Below, in pieces: positions 18,358 to 25,493 of a stretch of DNA of 51,605 nt (positions are counted from its first letter, which is position 1; each line of letters starts with the position of its first letter). Source of the DNA: an uncultured Mycoplasmatota bacterium (GTDB lineage Bacteria > Bacillota_I > Bacilli_A > RF39 > UBA660); the NCBI GenBank assembly GCA_946494345.1, contig CAMMBX010000001.1, positions 1 to 51,605 of the forward strand, read 5' to 3'. The notes under the pieces are model-generated. The model saw only the letters and a list, made by a program, of their open reading frames with translations, was not told where the DNA came from and did no database searches. The position numbers and the translations under genes are program-made.

Positions 18358-19065
18358 GTGGGTGATAACTTGAAAAGTATATTAAATAAAGAATGGGTAA
18401 TTACTTTAAGAAAAGTATTTCATTTTATTGCAACAGTATTGATGTATTCTATTTGTTTAATAATGATTATAGTTTTCTTAGCTTTTTTAATTAATTTTAT
18501 TGATAAACAATATAATTTAAGCTCTGGTAAAAATAAAAAAGATTTATTTGGAGCGTATACTATAGTTAGTCCGTCTATGGTTCCTTCTATTAATGTTTTA
18601 GATGTAGTTGTTACAATGAGAGTTAATAGTCCAGAAGATATTAAAAAAGGTGATATTGTAACATTTAATTCTACTGATTATAGATATTCTGGTATAGTTG
18701 TTACTCATAGAATAGTAGATATAGAAAAAACAAGTAGTGGTGAGTATTTATTTACTACTAAGGGTGATAATAATAATACTCAGGATTCTTCAAGAATTAG
18801 TTTTGATGAAATATATGGAAGAGTGTTATTTAGGATACCTAAAATTGGTTATATTCAATATTATCTTAGTTCTATTTTAGGTTGGGTTACTATTATTATT
18901 GCTCCTGCTGTTATGATTATTGGTTATGATATATATAAATTAATTAAGACATTAAAGTCTTCTGAAAAAAATAAAGATGATAAGAAACAGATTGATGAAG
19001 ATATAAAAGAAAAAGAAAATAAAAAAGTTCAAAAGAAGAAAAAAGAAGGAAGGTTTAGAAGATGA
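18358..19065 (+). CDS. sipW: Signal peptidase I, SipW (ER/archaeal) type
   Basis: Catalytic Ser box VSPSMVPS. VVTHRIVDI...FTTKGDNNNTQDS matches B. subtilis SipW VTHRIVDI...FKTKGDNNAAADS. N- and C-terminal TM segments and a long Lys-rich tail. The GTG start is uncertain. Confidence 0.8.
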   Translation: MGDNLKSILNKEWVITLRKVFHFIATVLMYSICLIMIIVFLAFLINFIDKQYNLSSGKNKKDLFGAYTIVSPSMVPSINVLDVVVTMRVNSPEDIKKGDIVTFNSTDYRYSGIVVTHRIVDIEKTSSGEYLFTTKGDNNNTQDSSRISFDEIYGRVLFRIPKIGYIQYYLSSILGWVTIIIAPAVMIIGYDIYKLIKTLKSSEKNKDDKKQIDEDIKEKENKKVQKKKKEGRFRR

Positions 19066-19610
19066 AAAAGTTTATTTTATTGGTTTTAGCAGGAATTGCC
19101 TTATTTGCATTTATTTTTGCTACTTCGGTTTTATGGTATAGGTTTTTCTATAGTACCACTACTGATGATGGCACTTTAGGTGTTAGTTCTATTACAGTTC
19201 GTTTAGATGATGATAATAACGTTATTGATGAAAGTGGTTTAATACCTTTAGATGATAATACTGCTATTAATCTAACTCCTTATGAGTTTAGTGTTCAAAA
19301 TGATAGTGATGCTTCAACTACATATAATGTTTTGTTAGAAGATGGTATTATCAGTGATGATGCTACTTATAGTAGTAAAGAGTTACTTTCTAGAAACCAG
19401 TTAAGATATCAACTATCTTTAAATGGAAAAGTTATTAAAAGTGGAGAGTTATCAACAATTAAAAATAATATTTTAGATACAAGAAATATTAATTCTGGTC
19501 AGATTAATAATTATCAACTACGAATTTATGTGTCAGAGGATGCACAAGATACGGATTGGCAAAATAAATATTACCATTTTAATATTAATGTTCAAACGGA
19601 GGAAAACTAA
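19062..19610 (+). CDS. Divergent member of the fibre-subunit family (candidate minor/anchor subunit)
   Basis: N-terminal hydrophobic segment then RFFYSTTT. Family blocks ITVRLDDD, YEFSVQN, NNYQLRIYVSED, YHFNINVQ align with the TITMSYSE, FDFTV, NYRLRMWV.DD, L.VNVYG blocks of the paralogs. The start overlaps the sipW stop (ATGA). Confidence 0.5.
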   Translation: MKKFILLVLAGIALFAFIFATSVLWYRFFYSTTTDDGTLGVSSITVRLDDDNNVIDESGLIPLDDNTAINLTPYEFSVQNDSDASTTYNVLLEDGIISDDATYSSKELLSRNQLRYQLSLNGKVIKSGELSTIKNNILDTRNINSGQINNYQLRIYVSEDAQDTDWQNKYYHFNINVQTEEN

Positions 19611-20299
19611 TGAAGAAAGTATTATTTGAATATATAAATATGTTTGCTTATACAATAACTGGTCTTATTTTTGGACTTTCCTTCTTTTTGCTCTTTATAA
19701 ATTTTTATCATATGCAGGAGTTAAACGAGACTGTTGATCTTAAATCTTACAATGAGACTAATAAAGCAAGTGTACAGAGTAAGGTTGAGACTATTAGAAA
19801 TAATATAAATGTATATAATCAATCTACTTACGGAGGATCTTTAAATGTTTATGGTCTTAATAATGCTAAGTCAAAATTAGAGCAATGCCTTAATGTTATT
19901 GAAAGTGATGAGATGATGAAATATTTTGAATTAGATAATGTTGGTATTGAGGACAGTTATAATTTTGTTATTGATTTTAAGAATAATATATTAAATGAAT
20001 GTTTAGTGATGCAAATTAAATCTATGTTTAATACGGATACTATATCATTACTTCCTAATTTTAATTTAGTTAAATCATATGTTGATATTGATGTTGACAA
20101 TTTATTAGATTCTATTGGTTATGTTCAAAATAATATAGAAAATTCTGATCATTATTACTTTAGTACTGATACTAACAAGAATAATTTTTTCGATTTAACC
20201 GAGGATAGTTATTCTTATGTTATGAATGATTATCAGAGTGCATTAGATTTACTTGTAGAAATTTCAGAATGGTATAGAAGCATTGTAATAGGAGGTTAA
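19610..20299 (+). CDS. Hypothetical N-terminally anchored protein (229 aa), fibre-locus accessory
   Basis: One N-terminal TM (ITGLIFGLSFFLLFINF) followed by an Asn/Asp/Ser-rich ectodomain. The start overlaps the preceding stop (TAATG). Confidence 0.55.
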   Translation: MKKVLFEYINMFAYTITGLIFGLSFFLLFINFYHMQELNETVDLKSYNETNKASVQSKVETIRNNINVYNQSTYGGSLNVYGLNNAKSKLEQCLNVIESDEMMKYFELDNVGIEDSYNFVIDFKNNILNECLVMQIKSMFNTDTISLLPNFNLVKSYVDIDVDNLLDSIGYVQNNIENSDHYYFSTDTNKNNFFDLTEDSYSYVMNDYQSALDLLVEISEWYRSIVIGG

Positions 20300-20300
20300 G

Positions 20301-20747
20301 ATGAAAAAAATATTTAATATGTTGTTTTATGTCCTTAAATTTATATTATTAATTGCTGCTTTTGGTTTAACATTGTTTGTTTTGATAAGAATGAATATAA
20401 GATTAGAAAAAAATATGGCTAGTATTATACAAGAATTAATTCCTTTTGCTATTTTATTACTTTTATTTATTGTTAATTTAATATTTAAGCAGGATGGTGT
20501 TAATAAAAATCTTTTTTATAATCTAACTAGTTGTTTAGTTTTTGTTACTATTGTTCTTGTTGCTCTTAGAGCAATTTTAGATACAAATATGGTTTTAAAT
20601 GGTAAATATGGCTATGGAATTGATTTTAATTTCTTTGCTAATTTTGTAGCTTATATTAAAATTATGTTATATGGATTATCTATTGCTAATATTTTATTTA
20701 TGATTAGGGAAAGAAAAAGAACTATTGAAAAGTCTAAAGAAGCTTAG
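20301..20747 (+). CDS. Hypothetical polytopic membrane protein (148 aa, ~4 TM), fibre-locus accessory
   Basis: Four hydrophobic segments. The start is 1 nt after the preceding stop. Last gene before a terminator. Confidence 0.55.
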   Translation: MKKIFNMLFYVLKFILLIAAFGLTLFVLIRMNIRLEKNMASIIQELIPFAILLLLFIVNLIFKQDGVNKNLFYNLTSCLVFVTIVLVALRAILDTNMVLNGKYGYGIDFNFFANFVAYIKIMLYGLSIANILFMIRERKRTIEKSKEA

Positions 20748-20760
20748 GCTTTTTTCTTTT
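20736..20760 (+). terminator. Probable terminator at the end of the sipW operon
   Basis: aaagaagc / gctttttt stem (one G-U pair) with loop ttag, then CTTTTT. It overlaps the stop codon. Confidence 0.45.
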
Positions 20761-20768
20761 TGTAATTC

Positions 20769-20797
20769 TTGACCGTTAAATATTCTAATGATAAAAT
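20769..20797 (+). promoter_or_regulatory. Sigma-A-like promoter of ksgA
   Basis: TTGACC (20769-20774), 17-nt spacer, TAAAAT (20792-20797). Confidence 0.5.
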
Positions 20798-20836
20798 GTA
20801 GTCATTAATTTCTATAAAAAATGTGGGAGTGGTTTA

Positions 20837-21640
20837 ATGAGTGAATTTAGATTTAAAAAAAAGTATGGACAGAATTTTTTACAAAATAAAAACATTATTG
20901 ATAAGATAGCAAATACGGCAGAAGTTAAACCTAATTCTTTAATTATTGAAGTTGGTCCTGGAAGTGGAAACTTGACAGTTTCTTTAGCATCTTTATATAA
21001 AAATAGTAATGTTTTGGCTTATGAGGTTGATAATAGTTTAGAAGATGTTTTAGCCAGTAGACTTAAAGATTATGATAATGTAAAAATATTATTTATTGAT
21101 TTCCTTAAAGCAGATATTGTTAGTGATGTAGAAGAATATTCATATGAGAATTTATATTTTGTTAGTAATGTTCCTTACTATATAACGACTCCTATACTTT
21201 TTAAATTAATAAGTAGCAATTTAGGCTTTGAAAAAATAGTTATGATGGTTCAAAAAGAAGTTGGCGATAGATTTTGTAGTAAGGTATCTAGTAAAGATTA
21301 TGGAGCTCTTACTGTTATTCTTAATTATTTCTTTGATGTGAGAAAAGAATTTGTGGTTGATAGAAATCAATTTTATCCTCGTCCTAATGTTGATAGTGTT
21401 GTTGTTTCTTTCTCTAAAAGAGATGATAAAGAAGATTTAATTAATAGAGATTTTTTTATTCAGTTAGTTCATGATAGTTTTCAGTTTAAAAGAAAAACTT
21501 TGCGTAATAATTTAAAGAAATATAATTTATCTATTATTGAGAATGTTCTTAATAAATATGGATTTGACTTAAGTGTTAGAGCTGAAGCTTTAAATTATAA
21601 GATATTTGTTGATATGGCTAATGCTTTAATAAAATCATAA
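20837..21640 (+). CDS. rsmA: 16S rRNA (adenine1518/1519-N6)-dimethyltransferase RsmA/KsgA
   Basis: FKKKYGQNFL, EVGPGSGNLT, SNVPYYITTPI motifs. Confidence 0.95.
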   Translation: MSEFRFKKKYGQNFLQNKNIIDKIANTAEVKPNSLIIEVGPGSGNLTVSLASLYKNSNVLAYEVDNSLEDVLASRLKDYDNVKILFIDFLKADIVSDVEEYSYENLYFVSNVPYYITTPILFKLISSNLGFEKIVMMVQKEVGDRFCSKVSSKDYGALTVILNYFFDVRKEFVVDRNQFYPRPNVDSVVVSFSKRDDKEDLINRDFFIQLVHDSFQFKRKTLRNNLKKYNLSIIENVLNKYGFDLSVRAEALNYKIFVDMANALIKS

Positions 21641-21670
21641 TTATTATTTTATAAACATATAATTCAATGG

Positions 21671-22468
21671 GTGAATTTTATGTTTAAAGGTTTTAAAATA
21701 GGTGATGTTGTAACAAGAAATTCATATAATAATGACATTGTATTTGTAATAGTGGATATTAAAGATGACATTGCTTACTTAAAAGGTATTGATGTTAGAC
21801 TTTATGCTGATAGTAATTTAGATGATTTACAGCTGGCTTCTGTTAATGAGGATTATAGTAAAGATAGAAGTGATGCTGCTAAGATTAAAGATATGTTGAA
21901 TTTAGATCGAAATGAATATTTTTATTTGCCAGGGAAGATCTTACATATAGACGGGGATAAAGATTATTTAAAAAGATGTATAGACTTTTATAAAGACATG
22001 CATCTTGAAGCTTATGGTGTTAATTTAGATGAGGAGGATTTTCCTAAAGAAATTATTTCTTGTTTAGAGGAATATAAACCTGATATTTTAGTTATTACAG
22101 GTCATGATTCTTTTAAAAAGAATAAGGATAAAAATGAATTATCTAATTATCAAAACTCTACTAACTTTGTTAAGGCAACTTTGAAAGCAAGAGAATATGA
22201 AAGAAATCAAGATAAACTTATTATTATTGCTGGAGCGTGTCAATCTTTTTATGAGGATTTAATTAAGGCAGGAGCTAACTTTGCTTCTAGTCCTAAGAGA
22301 ATTAATATTCATGCACTTGATCCTGCTATTATTGCTAGTACTATTGCCTTATCTCCTAAAAATAAAGAAATAGATTTAATTTCCCTTCTTTCAAAGACTC
22401 ATTATGGTAGTGATGGAATTGGGGGTATTATTACTAATGGTGTTATGTATGTGGGGTATCCTAGATGA
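21671..22468 (+). CDS. yabG: Sporulation-specific peptidase YabG
   Basis: LPGKILHIDGDKDYLKRC, KPDILVITGHD, IIAGACQSFYEDLIKAGANFASSPKRINIHALDP closely parallel B. subtilis YabG. Likely start is ATG 21680. Confidence 0.9.
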   Translation: MNFMFKGFKIGDVVTRNSYNNDIVFVIVDIKDDIAYLKGIDVRLYADSNLDDLQLASVNEDYSKDRSDAAKIKDMLNLDRNEYFYLPGKILHIDGDKDYLKRCIDFYKDMHLEAYGVNLDEEDFPKEIISCLEEYKPDILVITGHDSFKKNKDKNELSNYQNSTNFVKATLKAREYERNQDKLIIIAGACQSFYEDLIKAGANFASSPKRINIHALDPAIIASTIALSPKNKEIDLISLLSKTHYGSDGIGGIITNGVMYVGYPR

Positions 22469-22680
22469 ATATAGATACAGTTAGGAATGAGGTAAAATCA
22501 CAAGAGGGGAAAGTTCTTCATTTTAAATTTAATGGTAGTAGAAACCAAATTGTTGAATTTGATGGAAAAATTGTAGAAACTTATTCTGCTATATTTGTTG
22601 TTAAGCTTTTAAAAGATAATAATATTAAGTCTTTTTCTTATAATGATTTAATAACTTCTAGTTTAGAAATATCGAAGTAA
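22465..22680 (+). CDS. veg: Veg protein (biofilm-stimulating small protein)
   Basis: 71 aa. FNGSRNQIVEFDGKIVETYSAIFVV parallels Veg [25 protein letters not shown]. Follows yabG. Confidence 0.85.
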   Translation: MNIDTVRNEVKSQEGKVLHFKFNGSRNQIVEFDGKIVETYSAIFVVKLLKDNNIKSFSYNDLITSSLEISK

Positions 22681-22781
22681 GATTTTAGTAAAGTTGTTGA
22701 CAATGTTTAAAAAATACTATTGCAAAAGTTTGTTAACTGGTATAGAATTGAGTTATAAGACTTAGTGTTAGGAGGTTACAT

Positions 22782-23063
22782 ATGAAAATTACATCTGTAA
22801 ATGTACGTAAGATTGAAAAAGAAGGAAGTCGCATGAAAGGAATTGCATCTGTTTTACTTGATGATTCTTTTGCAGTTCATGATATTAGAATCATCGAAGG
22901 AGATAATGGCCTTTTTATTGCTATGCCTAGTAGAAAGACACAAGCTGGTGGTTATCGTGATATTGCTCATCCTATTAATCCAGAAGTTAGAGCAATGTTT
23001 CAAGATAAGATTATTGAAGCTTATAATAACATTAAAGATGAAGATACTAATAAAGAAGATTAA
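22782..23063 (+). CDS. spoVG: Septation/sporulation regulator SpoVG
   Basis: [11 protein letters not shown]...[31 protein letters not shown]...YRDIAHPIN is canonical SpoVG. Confidence 0.95.
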   Translation: MKITSVNVRKIEKEGSRMKGIASVLLDDSFAVHDIRIIEGDNGLFIAMPSRKTQAGGYRDIAHPINPEVRAMFQDKIIEAYNNIKDEDTNKED

Positions 23064-23119
23064 TTCTTCTTTTTTTCATATTTTATTTTTCTTTTGCATA
23101 TCTTTTATTAGGTGATGAT

Positions 23120-23419
23120 ATGGAAACAAAAGAGGCAATTATTAATAATTATAATCATAGTATTACTATTACAGAAAGAAAAAATTTACTTATTACAGGA
23201 GTGAAAAAAATAGAGAACTTTGATAGTGAGGAGTTTTTATTAGAAACAGTGATGGGGTTCCTTGCTGTAAAGGGAGAAGATTTGGAGCTTGTTAAACTTG
23301 ATACATTAGCAGGTAATGTATCTATAAAAGGTCTTATTAAGGGCTTTTCTTATATGGATGATAATAATGGTAAAAAAGAAAAAGAGGGGGTTAGTGTCTT
23401 TAATAGATTATTTAAATGA
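23120..23419 (+). CDS. yabP: Sporulation protein YabP
   Basis: LLITGVKKIENFDSEEFLLETVMGFLAVKGEDLEL matches the YabP core. Confidence 0.9.
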   Translation: METKEAIINNYNHSITITERKNLLITGVKKIENFDSEEFLLETVMGFLAVKGEDLELVKLDTLAGNVSIKGLIKGFSYMDDNNGKKEKEGVSVFNRLFK

Positions 23420-23739
23420 TGATATTAAAAGAACAAATAGTAGCGATTATATTTTCTTTTATTTATGGAGGTATTTTATCAGTATTATATAATTTTAATT
23501 ATAATATTCTCTTTAGTGAAAGAAAAATTATTAAAATTATTTTTAACATTATCTTTATTCTTGATTTGGTTTTAATTTATTTTCTTATAATGAGAAAAAT
23601 TAATAATGCTATTATTCATCCTTATTTTTATTTATTTATTGTAGTGGGTTTTTTTGTGTTTTTCAATTTTAGTAAGAGCTTAAGATCATTAATAAAAATT
23701 CCTAAATTAAAAAAAACTGACCAAAAGTGTAAAAAGTGA
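23416..23739 (+). CDS. yabQ: Spore cortex biosynthesis protein YabQ (membrane)
   Basis: Small multi-TM protein overlapping the yabP stop, in the conserved yabP-yabQ-divIC order. Confidence 0.75.
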   Translation: MMILKEQIVAIIFSFIYGGILSVLYNFNYNILFSERKIIKIIFNIIFILDLVLIYFLIMRKINNAIIHPYFYLFIVVGFFVFFNFSKSLRSLIKIPKLKKTDQKCKK

Positions 23740-23766
23740 CTAGTTAATATTGAACTAGTTTTTTTA
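23739..23766 (+). terminator. Rho-independent terminator after yabQ
   Basis: actagtt / aactagt stem followed by T7. Confidence 0.7.
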
Positions 23767-23806
23767 TACTATTATAATATATTTTAGGAAAGTAGGTGAA
23801 AATTTA

Positions 23807-24118
23807 ATGGCTAAGAGAAGAAAAAAGAAAAAGTTAGGTCCTATACTATTACTTTGTGTTTCTTTTGCTGTTATTATTTTTACTACGTTTACAATTTTTA
23901 GATATTGGACTATGATATACAGTAAATATCAGGAAAAAGGTGAATTAAAAAAAGAACTGGCCTCTTTGAAAGATAAAGAAGAAGAATTAGAGTCTGATGT
24001 TAATAAATTACAAGATTCTGATTATATAGCAAGATATGCAAGAGAAAAGTATTATTATTCTAAAGATGGAGAGCTAATTTTGAAGATACCTGAAGATGAT
24101 GAAGATGAAAGTAATTAG
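23807..24118 (+). CDS. divIC: Septum formation initiator family protein (DivIC/FtsB)
   Basis: Basic N-terminus, one TM, then a coiled coil (ELKKELASLKDKEEELESDVNKLQD) and the YIARYAREKY motif. Synteny supports the call. Confidence 0.85.
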   Translation: MAKRRKKKKLGPILLLCVSFAVIIFTTFTIFRYWTMIYSKYQEKGELKKELASLKDKEEELESDVNKLQDSDYIARYAREKYYYSKDGELILKIPEDDEDESN

Positions 24119-24147
24119 CTATATTAAATAAATTAGATAGTTAGACA

Positions 24148-25476
24148 GTGGGGATGTTTATGGATATAGAGAGTTTATATAAAGATATTAATGTTAAACA
24201 AGGTGATTTTATAGTTTTTGCTTGTAGTTATGGGCCTGATTCTATGGCTTTATTTAAAACTCTTTTGGAGTATAGAAAAAATCATGATATAGTTTTAGTT
24301 TGCGCTCATGTTAATCATGATAAAAGAAGTGAGAGTGCTAAGGAAAAAGAAGACTTAGAATATTTTTGTAAAATTAATAATGTTATCTTTGAATATATGA
24401 AAATAGAAAAATACGGTGATGATAATTTTCATAATGAAGCGAGAAATATAAGATATCAGTTTTTTGATGAAATTGTTAAAAAATATAATGCTAAATATCT
24501 TTTAACTGCACATCATGGTGACGATTTAATGGAGACTATTTTAATGAGAATTGCTAGGGGTTCTACTTTAAGAGGGTATAGTGGCTTTAAAAAATTGGTA
24601 AAAATGGATGGATACTACATTTATCGTCCTTTTATCGGATTAACTAAAGATGAATTGTTAGATTATTGTCATAAGGAGAAAGTTCCTTATGCTGTAGATA
24701 AAAGTAATTTTAGTAATGTGTATACAAGAAATAGGTATCGTAAGGTGGTATTACCTTTTCTAAAGAAAGAAGATAAAGATATTCATAAGAAGTATTTAAA
24801 GTTTAGTAATGTTTTAAGTGATGCGGATGACTTCATTGAAGAAGAAGCTAGTAGAGCGATTAGTAAAGTGGTTAAGGAGAATAAACTATATATAGATAAA
24901 TATTTAGAAATTAATAAATTTTTAAAGAGAATCGTTTTAGAAAGATTTATATCTAGTTTTTATCAAGATGATTTAATATTAATAAATGATAAACATTTAG
25001 ATTTAATAGAAAGACTTATTAATAGCAAGAAGAGTAATTCTAAAATTAATCTTCCTAATGATGTTGAAGTTGTAAAGAGTTATAATACTTTACTTATTAG
25101 AAGAAATCCTTCTTTACTTAGCAGTTATGAGATTGAGATTAGCAAAGAAGTAATACTTCCTAATGGTCATAAATTGGAGCAAGTAGAATCAGTTAAAGGT
25201 AATAGTAATAATATTATAAAACTATCTAGTAAAGAAGTTGTTTTACCTTTAATTGTTAGAACTAGGAAGCTAGGAGATGTTATGGCTATTAAGGGTGGAG
25301 GTCATAAAAAAGTTAAAGATATTTTTATAGATGCTAAAATTCCTTTGACAGAAAGAGACTTATGGCCTATAGTAGTTGATAGTCATGGACGGATTTTGTT
25401 TGTTCCTGGATTAAAAAAATCTAAATTTGATAAGACTAATAACGAATTTTATGATATAATACTGAGATATGAGTAG
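24148..25476 (+). CDS. tilS: tRNA(Ile)-lysidine synthase TilS
   Basis: PP-loop variant ACSYGPDSMAL, HVNHDKR, HHGDDLMET. C-terminal TilS_C (GHKKVKDIFIDAKIP). Likely start is ATG 24154 or 24160. Confidence 0.9.
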   Translation: MGMFMDIESLYKDINVKQGDFIVFACSYGPDSMALFKTLLEYRKNHDIVLVCAHVNHDKRSESAKEKEDLEYFCKINNVIFEYMKIEKYGDDNFHNEARNIRYQFFDEIVKKYNAKYLLTAHHGDDLMETILMRIARGSTLRGYSGFKKLVKMDGYYIYRPFIGLTKDELLDYCHKEKVPYAVDKSNFSNVYTRNRYRKVVLPFLKKEDKDIHKKYLKFSNVLSDADDFIEEEASRAISKVVKENKLYIDKYLEINKFLKRIVLERFISSFYQDDLILINDKHLDLIERLINSKKSNSKINLPNDVEVVKSYNTLLIRRNPSLLSSYEIEISKEVILPNGHKLEQVESVKGNSNNIIKLSSKEVVLPLIVRTRKLGDVMAIKGGGHKKVKDIFIDAKIPLTERDLWPIVVDSHGRILFVPGLKKSKFDKTNNEFYDIILRYE

Positions 25477-25493
25477 AAAAAGGAGAGATTTTT

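Noticed and set aside
15411-20836. The fibre locus as a mobile genomic island
   Set aside because: There is no integrase, transposase, tRNA target or flanking direct repeats, other than the internal terminator duplication.
22843-23115. 90-aa + strand ORF overlapping spoVG in another frame
   Set aside because: The SpoVG frame is unambiguous. The overlapping frame is Leu/Ile/Phe-rich with no SD.
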